From: Patescibacteria group bacterium
Lineage (GTDB): Bacteria; Patescibacteriota; Patescibacteriia; UBA10025; JAHIVO01
Assembly (NCBI GenBank): GCA_041650915.1
Contig: JBAZKE010000001.1
Coordinates: 547,097 to 611,096, forward strand
DNA length: 64,000 nt
Direction of reading: 5' to 3'
The notes under the pieces were generated by a model. It had not been told where the DNA came from and did no database searches. It worked only from the letters and a program-made list of their open reading frames with translations. A program made the translations under genes and the position numbers. Positions 45,938 to 56,619 of this stretch are shown piece after piece; position 1 is the first letter of the stretch, and every line of letters starts with the position of its first letter.

Positions 45938-46758
45938 ACAGGTGCGCAATCTGAAGGAACTCCGTTACTTTCAGCACCGTTCCACGTGCAATCGATAACT
46001 CCGTCAGAATATGGTTGCAATTGGTAATCGACAACATCAATAGTGATGCATTCTGACTGCATAGACACATCATGGCAATCGAAACCATCACATATTTCCG
46101 AACAAAGATTGCCGAGGCAATATAATTCTGCAGTACCGATAACAGCATTGGTAACATCTACCTCATTGCATTTTTTTTGCGATTGATCAGGCTCGCGAAA
46201 AAAAATCCAGACAACAATACCAGTAAAAACTATTAATAAACAACCAAAAACGACGAGAATGACTAATGTGCGTGACGATTTTAATTTGGCTTTTTTTATT
46301 TCAGAAATTATTCGAGTGATGCCGATTTGTGAGAGTCGTTCTTTAACGACGTCCAAATTTGCCAGATTTTCGCAAGTACATTCCAATTCGACGTTATGGC
46401 TGCTGTTATCAAACCATAAAAAGTTTACCTGGACACCGGTACCTTGCCAGCCGTATGCTTGTTTAATAATCGATCTCGGTTTACCGGCCATTCTCGATCT
46501 CAGATTATGTTGCGCAGCATGGTCCGAACTTATGTCATTGATTACACGCTGGAAAACATTGCTGTTTTGTTTGAATATTTCTTGCTGGTATTGAGTGGTT
46601 CCACCGGATTCAATAAGGGTATCGTGCTGTTTTTCAATATCATTTTTTATTTCTGTCGACTGGACACTAGTCTCGTATAAAAATTCGAGATCATATGCAT
46701 TGATTATATGCTGTTTATCATCGGACTTTATTTCAAATTTGAGTGCGTACATTTCCAT
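45931..46758 (-). CDS. Hypothetical single-pass membrane protein with Cys-rich acidic C-terminal domain
   Basis: TM near aa 165-187 followed by a domain with 8 Cys; no recognised family. Confidence 0.6.
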   Translation of the reverse strand: MEMYALKFEIKSDDKQHIINAYDLEFLYETSVQSTEIKNDIEKQHDTLIESGGTTQYQQEIFKQNSNVFQRVINDISSDHAAQHNLRSRMAGKPRSIIKQAYGWQGTGVQVNFLWFDNSSHNVELECTCENLANLDVVKERLSQIGITRIISEIKKAKLKSSRTLVILVVFGCLLIVFTGIVVWIFFREPDQSQKKCNEVDVTNAVIGTAELYCLGNLCSEICDGFDCHDVSMQSECITIDVVDYQLQPYSDGVIDCTWNGAESNGVPSDCAPVW

Positions 46759-46764
46759 ACGATG

Positions 46765-47073
46765 CTACTGAGCAGTCGATGAGCACGAAGCACGCGAGGT
46801 GGTTTCATCAACATACTCGAGACAAGAACAAAATGAAGGCTCCCCTGTTATTTTGGTGCAGCTCGGTATTAAATTTTTTTCAGTATCACAGAGGCCTATA
46901 CAATCCGTATTTGTCTCACATGGTATGCTGGTTTTTCCAGGATTACCTAAAATACTTGGAGACGGCTCGATGATAATATTACTTGAAAACAAATCAGTGG
47001 TAAAAAAAAGTATACACATTATTCCAAAAGAAATAATGCACGCTGATAAAATGACGATGGCATTAGAATTCAT
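46765..47073 (-). CDS. Small membrane-anchored Cys-rich protein
   Basis: N-terminal TM, then CETNTDCIGLC...C...CSC. Confidence 0.6.
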   Translation of the reverse strand: MNSNAIVILSACIISFGIMCILFFTTDLFSSNIIIEPSPSILGNPGKTSIPCETNTDCIGLCDTEKNLIPSCTKITGEPSFCSCLEYVDETTSRASCSSTAQ

Positions 47074-47220
47074 TGATATGATTTTATTTAAAAATTATGA
47101 CAGGCTATCATCTAAAAACTGGCTACTCCGGGGAATAAAAATTGAGCCAAAAAGATTATTCATTGTTTAATTATAACGCAATATCTAATTATATGCCAAT
47201 AAATACCAAAAATGTTTACG

Positions 47221-48456
47221 TTAAATATTGCTCATAGTGTTAACTGGATGTATATAATATTGCCGTAACTGAAAAATATTGGCCAAGAAGAGTATTATAA
47301 GCGAATAGAGCTGCATATCGAATTGATAAGTCCACTCGTGGTTTATGTTCTGTATCAGGGGATTTATTAACCATGGGGGCAAGGCTAAAAGTATAAACAG
47401 AATTATGATAAGTATTATCTGTATCTTTTCCCTATGTACCAGCGCAGAACGAAAAAGTACCACGAGCGGAAAGAGTGCCCAGATAAGGTGATGATGAAAA
47501 ATGTAGTTAGAAAAAAGCAGAGCCGCAAGGATAAGAAGTGATATTTCCAAATTGATTCCGTCTTGCGTCTTCTTTGAATTTTTTACAATATAAATAAAAA
47601 GTATGGCATAGAGAGCAATCACCAGCCATGGCATTGCATATGCAACGGATGGTAGATTAAAATTATTTGCAATGTGGATGGGTAAAGAAGGCCCGATCTC
47701 ACCATGAATCCAGTAACTGCCATTCAGAAGCGAGGGTAATATATTGAATGCAAATTTTATATAATAGTGCACCGCATGAAAACCGCCGATCATCATGGTA
47801 AATATTATTGATGTCAGGCCTATAACTATGGATCCAACGACTGCCCTAAATCTTTTTGTAACAAGCAAATATACAATTATAATCACTGGAAATATTTTTA
47901 TCAATGCCGCAACTGCAATTAACGCTCCAGCGGTAAAATCATACTTTTTAGCAAGTAAGGCAATTCCTCCGAGCATGAGCATTAATACAATCGTGTTGAT
48001 CTGGCCGAGGATCAATGAAAACCAATTTGGATAAAAAAATACAAAAGAAATCAGTACAACTAAAAAAATGAGAGAACGTTTTTCGGCTGGAAAAAAGAAT
48101 GTGAGCAGGTATGCGCTTGCAACAAGCGTAACGATACATATCAAAGTCCATACTACTACCGCAGTTTTAATTTCAGCCAACGAAAGTAGGTATATTGCCG
48201 CAGCTGGAAATGGCGGATAAAGGTATCGGTTTGCGCTTTTTGTATAGCCAAATAATTCGAGTTTCTCATTAATCGCGTTTGTGCTGTAGATATCACGTTT
48301 TTCGTTCATCAGTTCGGCGGCTGCATGGAGCGGCACGTAATCAATCGCGGTGATATCCATTGATAACGCCAGGGATATATACAGAAAGCCGCATGCTACT
48401 AGTGCGAGCAATACTGGTACGATTACAGTGTAATTACGCTTAATGAAATTAATCAT
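47221..48456 (-). CDS. GT-C glycosyltransferase family 87 (DUF2029-like)
   Basis: D.....AA...DIY, YLYPP, GQIN and IKIFP motifs; multi-TM. Confidence 0.85.
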   Translation of the reverse strand: MINFIKRNYTVIVPVLLALVACGFLYISLALSMDITAIDYVPLHAAAELMNEKRDIYSTNAINEKLELFGYTKSANRYLYPPFPAAAIYLLSLAEIKTAVVVWTLICIVTLVASAYLLTFFFPAEKRSLIFLVVLISFVFFYPNWFSLILGQINTIVLMLMLGGIALLAKKYDFTAGALIAVAALIKIFPVIIIVYLLVTKRFRAVVGSIVIGLTSIIFTMMIGGFHAVHYYIKFAFNILPSLLNGSYWIHGEIGPSLPIHIANNFNLPSVAYAMPWLVIALYAILFIYIVKNSKKTQDGINLEISLLILAALLFSNYIFHHHLIWALFPLVVLFRSALVHREKIQIILIIILFILLALPPWLINPLIQNINHEWTYQFDMQLYSLIILFLANIFQLRQYYIHPVNTMSNI

Positions 48457-49213
48457 GGCTATACGTCAGTCCAATGTAGGCAATCATCGCTTTCACTTTT
48501 TTCTTATCTTCTGAAATACGGTACGAAAAGTAATCATCAGAAGCGCACGCCGTGCAGTGCATACAGTCTTCAATGTTTTCTTTTTGGACACCGCCTGTAA
48601 TCATTTGCGATCGAATGATATTTGCTAAGTCAATATATATCGCTAGCCTATCTCTTTTTATGCATGACGGATATTTTATAAAAAATTGTTCGACATCGGA
48701 TTGCACTTTAAAATGGCACTGGCGTATCCCTGGCCCAATTCCGACGAGTAAGTTTCTAAGATCAATGCCCCTGAAATGAAGGAGTTCCAGCGCGTTATGA
48801 ACGATCCCGCCATGTATACTTCGCCATCCAGCATGAAGTATGCCGACGACGGAAGCAGAAGGTTGAAAAAGATAAACAGGAAAACAATCGGCAACCGTTA
48901 CCGATAAATATGCTCCAGGTGTGCTGGTCGCGAGCCCGTCAAAACCAGGAGCTGCCTGCAGAGTTTTATTGCGATCAATGAACGCAATCTTCGAACCATG
49001 TTCAAGACGGGCTGAAATTACGGATTGATAATCAATGTTTTTATTTTTAAAAAACGTTTTAACGTTACGTGATTCCGATGAACTTTTTAGCGCTTGAATC
49101 ACCTTCATATTCCCATCACTTCTATTAGAAATTCCGTACCGAACTTCTCGGTACTGATTGAAATGGGTAAAAGTTAGGACCATGTCCGTTTGGATTATCG
49201 TGCTAACCGGCAT
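48449..49213 (-). CDS. pgeF: PgeF/YfiH family purine nucleoside phosphorylase (laccase-domain protein)
   Basis: EHG, DGL, VADCFPV, HAGWR, IGPGIRQCHF, CTAC, FSYR. Confidence 0.9.
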   Translation of the reverse strand: MPVSTIIQTDMVLTFTHFNQYREVRYGISNRSDGNMKVIQALKSSSESRNVKTFFKNKNIDYQSVISARLEHGSKIAFIDRNKTLQAAPGFDGLATSTPGAYLSVTVADCFPVYLFQPSASVVGILHAGWRSIHGGIVHNALELLHFRGIDLRNLLVGIGPGIRQCHFKVQSDVEQFFIKYPSCIKRDRLAIYIDLANIIRSQMITGGVQKENIEDCMHCTACASDDYFSYRISEDKKKVKAMIAYIGLTYSHD

Positions 49214-49240
49214 GTAATAATCGATGAAAACAAAAACCAG

Positions 49241-52018
49241 CTAGGATAAATCTTTTCCGTGGCACTTCTTGTACTTTTTGCCGGATCCGCATGGACAGGG
49301 ATCATTCCTTCCTACTTTCTTTCCGTCTTTATTCATCAAATTACCGCCCGCTGTCTGTGTAGTTCCACCGACAATCTGAGTGCTCGATGACAAGGCCTGT
49401 TCCGATGAACTGAGCGTATCATTCTGATATGGAGTATCCTGCGCGTCGTGGGCAGTCTTTGCAGGAGCAGAAAGGCGGTGCTGCGCTGAGGCCATTGGAG
49501 TCTGCTTAACTTGGTTTGCAACGGAAACTTTAAAAATTGTGTAAACTACATTTTTCTGGATATTATTGATGAGTTCGTTGAAGAGACGGTACCCCTCTTT
49601 TTTGTACTCGATAAGCGGGTCCCGCTGGCCATAACCGCGTAAGCCAATACCCTTCCGCATATGGTCCATCATATCGAGGTGTTCAATCCAAAGAGTGTCA
49701 ATTGCCCGCAAGTAGACTGCTAATTCGACACGGCTGACGATTGATTTTTCTCCAATTTTTTTGGAAAAAATACTATAAGCATTTTCTGCTAACTTTATAA
49801 AGTACTGGATCAATGAGGTACGCGCTGCTGCGTCTTGAAGTTTATCGCCTGCCTTTTCTCGGATATCTTCGAGTCTAATGCGATCTTTGAGGTCTACAGG
49901 AAAAATCGTATCAATCACTTCATATATTTCATCAATATTCCAGGTTTTTTCATCCTCTGTTGAAGTATGGAAAGAAACAATTTGCTCAATTTCATTTTCA
50001 ACAAGCTTCATGATTACTTCACGGAGTGAGGATTTCGGGGAATCAGCGGATATCGCAGTTCCTTCGACTGCTTCGAGAATACCATGACGCTGCCGATAAA
50101 TTACCTCACGGTGTTTATTGATGACATCATCGTATTCGACCAAGTGTTTCCTAATATCAAAATTATGGCCTTCAACTTTTTTTTGGGCCGACTCGATGGA
50201 TTTGCTGATCATTTTATTTTCGATTGGCATATCATCGGGTACGCCGAGACGGTCCATCAAGCCTTTCATCCTATCTGAACCGAAAATTCTCATGAGATCA
50301 TCTTCCATCGAAATGAAAAATTGGGATGAGCCAGGGTCTCCCTGCCGTCCGGCACGGCCTCTCAGTTGGTTGTCAATGCGCCTCGATTCATGGCGTTCTG
50401 TACCGATCACGTGCAACCCGCCAACCTGCTTGACGCGCTCTTGCACATCAAGACCAGCGTTCGTGCCTCCGAGGATAATATCAACGCCACGTCCGGCCAT
50501 ATTTGTCGCGAGAGTTACTTTGCCTGGTTCACCGGCGCTGCTGATGATCGCGGCTTCACGTTCGTGATTTTTTGCGTTCAGTATGCTGTGTTCGATACCT
50601 TCACGTTCGAGAAGAGTACTAAGTAATTCGTTTTTCTCGATCGAAATTGTACCTATTAAGACAGGTTGTCCTGCCTCGACTCGTACTTTCACTTCTCTGA
50701 CGATAGCCTGATATTTTCCTGCCGCGGTTTTATAGATTGAATCGGGTTTATCTTTCCGGATGAGGGGCTTATTCGTCGGCACCTCGACGACATCAAGATT
50801 ATAAATTTTATGAAATTCTTCTGCTTCCGTCGCGGCAGTGCCGGTCATGCCTGACAGCTTTTTGTACATCCTAAAATAATTCTGAAAAGTGATTGTTGCC
50901 ATTGTGCGGCTCTCACGTTTGATATCAACGTTCTCCTTCGCCTCAATAGCTTGGTGGAGCCCTTCCGAATATCTCCTGCCAAACATGAGCCGGCCAGTGA
51001 ACTCATCGACGATCACTACCTCTCCCTCTTTGACAACGTAATCCTTATCTTTCTTAAAAAGTGCCCGAGCACGGAGCGCCTGTTCGATATGGTGTACCGT
51101 TTCGATCCCTTCCGCTTCATAAATATTCCCGATGCCGAGCAGTTTTTCCATTTTATTGATACCAGATTCAGTCAGCGTCGCAGCACGCATTTTTTCATCA
51201 ATATTGTAGTCATTTACTTCATCAAGCTGAGCGACCATCTTTGCAAACGTGTAATATCGATCAGTTGATTCTTCCGCCGGTGCGGAGATGATGAGCGGAG
51301 TCCGCGCTTCATCAATGAGTATGCTGTCGACTTCATCGACAATAGCGTAGTGCAATTCACGCTGTACCCTGTGCGTGAGAGAAGGAACCATATTATCACG
51401 CAGATAGTCGAATCCAAATTCATTATTCGTGCCGTACGTAACATCAGCTGCGTATGCTTCTTTACGTGTGACCGGCTTCAAGTGCTGCAGGCGTTCATCG
51501 AGTACGTCGTGCTCTGAATATTCAGGATCGAGAAGGAAGGCTTTTTCGTGCGTAATACAACCCACAGAAACGCCGAGTTTCTGTAACGCAATGCCGTACC
51601 ATCCCGCATCTCTACGTGACAAGTAATCATTGACGGTTACGACGTGTACGCCTTTGCCAACAAGCGAATTGACATAGGCCGACATTGCAGCTGAAAGCGT
51701 TTTGCCTTCGCCAGTTTTTTGTTCTGCGATATGGCCTTGATGTAGTACCACCGCCGCTACGAGTTGGACGTCAAACGCGCGCTGCTGAACGGTGCGTCTA
51801 ATTGATTCACGTATCGTTGCGAGTGCTTCCGGTAAAATTTGCTCTACAGTCTCTCCTTTTTTAAGCCTATTCCGAAATTGCTCGGTCCGTAAGGCCAGGT
51901 CATCGTCTGAAAGCTTAGAGAAGGTAGGCTCGATTTCATTGACCTTCTGAACTGTGGATGTGTATGTTTTTAAAACCCGCTTATTGGAATCCCCGAAAAT
52001 TTTTTCTATCAACCCCAT
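49241..52018 (-). CDS. secA: Protein translocase subunit SecA
   Basis: KTGEGKT, VNDYLSRRD, DEVDSILIDEARTPLIIS, ATNMAGRG, RRIDNQLRGRAGRQGDPG, SEC-C motif GRNDPCPCGSGKKYKKCH. Confidence 0.98.
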   Translation of the reverse strand: MGLIEKIFGDSNKRVLKTYTSTVQKVNEIEPTFSKLSDDDLALRTEQFRNRLKKGETVEQILPEALATIRESIRRTVQQRAFDVQLVAAVVLHQGHIAEQKTGEGKTLSAAMSAYVNSLVGKGVHVVTVNDYLSRRDAGWYGIALQKLGVSVGCITHEKAFLLDPEYSEHDVLDERLQHLKPVTRKEAYAADVTYGTNNEFGFDYLRDNMVPSLTHRVQRELHYAIVDEVDSILIDEARTPLIISAPAEESTDRYYTFAKMVAQLDEVNDYNIDEKMRAATLTESGINKMEKLLGIGNIYEAEGIETVHHIEQALRARALFKKDKDYVVKEGEVVIVDEFTGRLMFGRRYSEGLHQAIEAKENVDIKRESRTMATITFQNYFRMYKKLSGMTGTAATEAEEFHKIYNLDVVEVPTNKPLIRKDKPDSIYKTAAGKYQAIVREVKVRVEAGQPVLIGTISIEKNELLSTLLEREGIEHSILNAKNHEREAAIISSAGEPGKVTLATNMAGRGVDIILGGTNAGLDVQERVKQVGGLHVIGTERHESRRIDNQLRGRAGRQGDPGSSQFFISMEDDLMRIFGSDRMKGLMDRLGVPDDMPIENKMISKSIESAQKKVEGHNFDIRKHLVEYDDVINKHREVIYRQRHGILEAVEGTAISADSPKSSLREVIMKLVENEIEQIVSFHTSTEDEKTWNIDEIYEVIDTIFPVDLKDRIRLEDIREKAGDKLQDAAARTSLIQYFIKLAENAYSIFSKKIGEKSIVSRVELAVYLRAIDTLWIEHLDMMDHMRKGIGLRGYGQRDPLIEYKKEGYRLFNELINNIQKNVVYTIFKVSVANQVKQTPMASAQHRLSAPAKTAHDAQDTPYQNDTLSSSEQALSSSTQIVGGTTQTAGGNLMNKDGKKVGRNDPCPCGSGKKYKKCHGKDLS

Positions 52019-52156
52019 TGGGCTTTTTTTCGTTAATTGGTTGTTTGAGGCAGCTGAGTAATGTAATTCTATATGTTTTTGAGCTTTTTTACAAGGATGC
52101 TGCTCTCGTTGCTAAACGTGATTGAGCGACCAAAATAAAAACTTTTTAACAATCGT

Positions 52157-53059
52157 TTAAAAACCAACATACTCAAACTCTTCTTGAAGCTGAATGCCAA
52201 ATTGGTCACGTACCTGCTGTTTAATGTAGCTGACAAGTATGACAATATCCTCGGCAGTAGCATTTCCTGTGTTGATGATGTAGTTTGCGTGGTCACGCGA
52301 CACTTGAGCTCCGCCAATTTTTTTTCCACGGAGTCCAGCGCGATCTATTACCTCCCACGCTTTCTCTGTAGGAGTATTTTTAAAAATTGAGCCAATGCTG
52401 CCTTGCACTTTCGGCTGGTATTTTCTTTTTTCCAAATGCACACTTATTCGACGCTGTATCGCGGCAGGATCATCACGGTGAAGCGTTAGGCGGACCGTGA
52501 GCACTGTACTGACATTAGACCCCTTAAAACGGCTCAATCGATAGGAAAAATCACACTGACTTTTTTGGTATAAAATCAATGTTCCATCTTGTTGCATGAT
52601 ATCAACTGAATTCACTATTGAACTGATCCATTGTTCTGACGTTCCTGCATTTCCGACGATAGCACCTCCGAGCGATCCCGGAATGCTGATGAGAAATTCC
52701 ATGCCTGATAAATTATATTCAAGAGCCTTACGGACAACTTTTTGAAGCAGTGCGCCCGATTCTGCTATGATGGTATATCCATCGATTGCTATGCCAGAGT
52801 TTTCTGCTTTTATGACAAGCCCTTCAAAACCTTTATCGGATACGAGTATATTGCTTCCGCCGCCGATGATAAAGAAAGCTACACCATTCTGACGTGCGGA
52901 CGTAACGGCCTTCATCAATTCATAATTCGTTTTCGCGATGTAGAATAGGCTTGCAGGGCCCCCAACGTGGAATGTTGTGTAATCCGAAAGTAAAATATCG
53001 TCTCGGATTCCGGGAAGCGACTTTTTTAATTTTTTTACACTGTTAACATCCATAGTCAC
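52157..53059 (-). CDS. murB: UDP-N-acetylenolpyruvoylglucosamine reductase
   Basis: TTFHVGGPA, GGGSNIL, IPGSLGGA..NAG, GSIFKN, HANYIIN. Confidence 0.94.
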   Translation of the reverse strand: MTMDVNSVKKLKKSLPGIRDDILLSDYTTFHVGGPASLFYIAKTNYELMKAVTSARQNGVAFFIIGGGSNILVSDKGFEGLVIKAENSGIAIDGYTIIAESGALLQKVVRKALEYNLSGMEFLISIPGSLGGAIVGNAGTSEQWISSIVNSVDIMQQDGTLILYQKSQCDFSYRLSRFKGSNVSTVLTVRLTLHRDDPAAIQRRISVHLEKRKYQPKVQGSIGSIFKNTPTEKAWEVIDRAGLRGKKIGGAQVSRDHANYIINTGNATAEDIVILVSYIKQQVRDQFGIQLQEEFEYVGF

Positions 53060-53078
53060 CTTTTAATTGCAGTGTATA

Positions 53079-54458
53079 TCAAATTACAGCAAGCAATCTG
53101 CCGCTGACGTCTGTAATCGTGCCTGCGCCCATCGTGATCACGACGTCTCCTCTTTTCTTCCGCGCCGTAAAGTGCTTGATCGCATCGTTAAAATTTTTCG
53201 CATAGTGCACTGGCTGGTTCCGTTTGCCTATTTCTGCTGCAAGATCCTTTGCAGTCCGTTTGGCTTTCAATTCCCTTCCTGCAACTTTATAGGTATCCGT
53301 AATAATAAGCTGGTCGCAATCGGTAAATGCGCCTCTGAAGGATGTAAAAAGCGATTCAGTACGGTGTGCGCTATGGGGCTGAAAAATGCACCAAATCCTC
53401 CTGTTCGCAAAAAAATCTTTTGCCGTCCGGAGGGTTTCTTTAATTGCAGTCGGATGATGAGCGTAATCATCCACGACGGTAATCCCGTTTTTGGTTCCTT
53501 TAATTTCAAAACGCCTGGCGGCTCCGCCATAGGATCGCAAACCGGCTGCAATGTGTTCAGTGCGTATTCCGAACATATAGGCAAGTGACGCTGCAGCGAG
53601 GGCATTTAAAACATTATGCCTGCCGTGCTGCAGTATGGAAAGATCAAATTTATCAATACCAGACACTGAGAACAACGTAAATTTATCTTTCCGTAAAATA
53701 TTCGTTACGTGCAAATCGCCAAACCCAATGCCGTATGTGATAATCTTGCACGGAGCGCCTTCGACAGCGCGGATCGAGTTACTGTCCATGATATTTACCG
53801 CGATGCAGCCTCCGCGTGGCATCCGCTTGATGAGCGCCTTGAATGCGCGTACGATAGCTTCTTCATCTTTATAGACATCGAGGTGGTCTGCTTCAATGTT
53901 ATTTACGATCAAGCCGTATGGCCGGTAGCTGTGAAAAGCCTTTTTATATTCATCGCCTTCGATGATAAAGTGCCGTCCGAGGCCGACGCGAGCATTGCCT
54001 TGAAACGCATCAATGTGTGCACCGACTATGACAGTAGGATCCAGCCCGGCAGCGATTAAAATATGAGCCAGCATCGAAGTAGTCGTGCTTTTGCCATGAG
54101 TACCCGTTACGACAAGCTGAATATAGGATTTCATCAGCTGCCCCATAAACTCAGGGTAGGTCAACGATGGGATCCCGAGCTTTTGTCCCTTTTTTAGTTC
54201 GGGATTATCCGATGCTAGAGCGTTTGAAAATACGATTAAGTCCGCATCTTTGGGCACGTTCGAAGCGCTATGTTTTCCAATAATACAAGTAATCCCCTCT
54301 TTATTGAGCTGCCTGGTCAGTCCTGTTTGCGTGATGTCTGAACCGGTAACCCGCATTCCAAATGCATGAGAAATACGTGCAGCCGCAGAAATTCCTATCC
54401 CGCCAATTCCAATAAAATGAATGGCATGGCATTTTTCAAGTTGTACTATTTTTTGCAT
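53079..54458 (-). CDS. murC: UDP-N-acetylmuramate--L-alanine ligase
   Basis: HFIGIGGIGIS, GTHGKSTTT, EGDE, NIEADHLD, DDYAHHP, FQPH, MGAG. Confidence 0.95.
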   Translation of the reverse strand: MQKIVQLEKCHAIHFIGIGGIGISAAARISHAFGMRVTGSDITQTGLTRQLNKEGITCIIGKHSASNVPKDADLIVFSNALASDNPELKKGQKLGIPSLTYPEFMGQLMKSYIQLVVTGTHGKSTTTSMLAHILIAAGLDPTVIVGAHIDAFQGNARVGLGRHFIIEGDEYKKAFHSYRPYGLIVNNIEADHLDVYKDEEAIVRAFKALIKRMPRGGCIAVNIMDSNSIRAVEGAPCKIITYGIGFGDLHVTNILRKDKFTLFSVSGIDKFDLSILQHGRHNVLNALAAASLAYMFGIRTEHIAAGLRSYGGAARRFEIKGTKNGITVVDDYAHHPTAIKETLRTAKDFFANRRIWCIFQPHSAHRTESLFTSFRGAFTDCDQLIITDTYKVAGRELKAKRTAKDLAAEIGKRNQPVHYAKNFNDAIKHFTARKKRGDVVITMGAGTITDVSGRLLAVI

Positions 54459-55513
54459 AGACCGATTATCGCCTGAGCAATCTTTTGTGCTGCATCCGTT
54501 TTTCCGAGCGTTCGTATCGTTTTAGAAAGTGTTTGCAACTCAACCTTATTTGCCTGCAAGTTCCTGATAGTTTCTACAAAATGTTTCGCCGTAGCAGTAT
54601 CCTGTTCTATGACTAAAACCGCGCTTCTATCTAAAAAGTACTGTGCGTTGTCCTCTTGGTGGGAGTTCGGCAGAGGAATGAGTATGGAAGGCTTGCCAAG
54701 ATGCATTAACTCGGTACAGGTAGAAATACCCGCTCTCGCGACAACGATGGAAGCAAGCGCATATGCATCCGGCATGCGTTCGGCCATAAATTCCCTTTGG
54801 ATATAACGGCTATTATCCTGGAGTTGTATGGATTTGCCTGCTCCGGTGATATGAATAATTTGAAAATTTTTCGTTAATTCACCAATTGATTGGCATACTA
54901 ATTGGTTTATAAAACGCGCACCCGTACCGCCACCCATTATTAAAATTGTCGGAATTTTTTCATCAAATTTATATTGCGAAATTGCACGCATCGGATTGCC
55001 ATTAAGAATATCCGGGCGGAACGGATTGCCGGTAAGGCTTGTTTTGCGTGCATTAAAGAATCGAGTCGAAATGTCAAATGAAACGGTTATGTGCCCGGCA
55101 ATCCATGCCGTAAGCCTATTGGAAAGTGAAGGACGAATATCTTGCTGGTGGATTAACACAGGGATATTGAGCAGTTTTGCGGCATAGATAACAGGTACTC
55201 CAACGTAGCTCCCCGCACTCACTACGGCAGAAGGCTTATAGCTTACCAAAATTTTTAAAGATTGGAAAAAACCGATTGCAATGAGCACGATGTCCAAAAT
55301 ATTACGAAAATCAAAGTAACGCCGAAGCTTACCGCAAAAAATCGATGTGAACCGAATTCCATGCTGTTCAACGATGCTCTTTTCCGGATTTCCGGAGATC
55401 GTGCCGATAAAAAGCAAGTCTGAATCAGGAAGATTTTTTTTCAGTTCATGGTAAACGGAAATTAACGGGATAACTGAGCCGGCCGTACCTCCGCCAGCGA
55501 ATACAAATTTCAT
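54446..55513 (-). CDS. murG: Undecaprenyl-PP-MurNAc-pentapeptide GlcNAc transferase
   Basis: GGGTAG, GKLRRY, TGNP, GGGTGA, RAG, HQEDNA. Confidence 0.94.
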   Translation of the reverse strand: MKFVFAGGGTAGSVIPLISVYHELKKNLPDSDLLFIGTISGNPEKSIVEQHGIRFTSIFCGKLRRYFDFRNILDIVLIAIGFFQSLKILVSYKPSAVVSAGSYVGVPVIYAAKLLNIPVLIHQQDIRPSLSNRLTAWIAGHITVSFDISTRFFNARKTSLTGNPFRPDILNGNPMRAISQYKFDEKIPTILIMGGGTGARFINQLVCQSIGELTKNFQIIHITGAGKSIQLQDNSRYIQREFMAERMPDAYALASIVVARAGISTCTELMHLGKPSILIPLPNSHQEDNAQYFLDRSAVLVIEQDTATAKHFVETIRNLQANKVELQTLSKTIRTLGKTDAAQKIAQAIIGLCKK

Positions 55514-56619
55514 GAGTTTTTTATTTGCTTAGAAATATTGATAAGAATGCCGATTGCAATTAAAGAAGTGGCGAGCGCAGAACTGCCATAACTAATGAAT
55601 GGAAGTGGTATACCCGTAAGTGGCAGGAGTGTAACCATGGCAGCAATATTGATAAAGGCTTGGAGCACGATCCACGATACGATGCCAACCGAAACGAGTT
55701 TTCCAAACGTGTCGGGAGCTTTTTTTGCTATCTGCAGTCCGCGGTATAAAAAAGAAATAAATAGTATAATCAGCGCAATCGAAAAAAAGAGTCCCAACTC
55801 TTCAGCAATGACTGCAAAAATTGAGTCTCCGGTAACTTCCGGCAGGTACAAATATTTTTGCCGTGAATGTCCGAGGCCGAGGCCGAAAAGGCCGCCGCTG
55901 CCGATAGCGAGTAATGCCTGATTAATATGGTAGCCAACGCCTTGCGGATCCAGTGCTGGATTAAGGAATACCGTCAAGCGTGCCGCGCGGTATGGAGCAA
56001 TTTTAATGAGTACTAAAAATAAACCTGTTGCCCCGAGCATTATCCATGCCAAGTGCTTGATTGGGGCGCCAGCAATAAAAAAGATGGCTACTCCAGTGAT
56101 TGCGATAACAGTCATTGTTCCCATATCGGGCTGAAGCATGATAAGGAATATTATCGATCCGAGTATGATCAAGAAGGGAACCAGCCCATACGCAGCCTCT
56201 TTTATCCCCTCTTTATTCTTAGCAAATAGTACGGACAAATACAAAATAAAGGTCAGCTTCAGTACTTCAGTGGGCTGCAGGAGTGTAAATCCCAAATTGA
56301 TCCAGCGCCGTGCCCCACCGTACTCGAATCCAATTCCTGGAATAAATACAGCGAGTAGCAATAAAATATTTATAACGAGGATCGGCAGTGCGAGTTTACT
56401 CCATAAGTGGTAATCGATCTTTGATGCGATCAAGAACCCAATAATTCCAAGTAAAACGCCAAATAGAAGCTGATGTTTTAAAAAATAGTTACTATCACCG
56501 TACTTATCAAAGGCAAGCACAGAACTTGCTGAAGACAGCATAATTAATCCATACACAACGATAATGCCTATGATAATAAGAATTGCATAATCCGGTTTAT
56601 GTAGTCTGGTTTGTGCCAT
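55510..56619 (-). CDS. ftsW: SEDS peptidoglycan polymerase FtsW
   Basis: SSAS, GARRWI, QPTEVLK, QPDMGT, GSGG..G.G.G.S.QK, LPE..GDSIF, GIPLPFISYG; lies between murD and murG. Confidence 0.93.
   Translation of the reverse strand: MAQTRLHKPDYAILIIIGIIVVYGLIMLSSASSVLAFDKYGDSNYFLKHQLLFGVLLGIIGFLIASKIDYHLWSKLALPILVINILLLLAVFIPGIGFEYGGARRWINLGFTLLQPTEVLKLTFILYLSVLFAKNKEGIKEAAYGLVPFLIILGSIIFLIMLQPDMGTMTVIAITGVAIFFIAGAPIKHLAWIMLGATGLFLVLIKIAPYRAARLTVFLNPALDPQGVGYHINQALLAIGSGGLFGLGLGHSRQKYLYLPEVTGDSIFAVIAEELGLFFSIALIILFISFLYRGLQIAKKAPDTFGKLVSVGIVSWIVLQAFINIAAMVTLLPLTGIPLPFISYGSSALATSLIAIGILINISKQIKNS

Noticed and set aside
52069-52329. 86-aa minus-strand ORF between murB and secA
   Set aside because: It mostly overlaps the murB 3' end in another frame and has no recognisable features.
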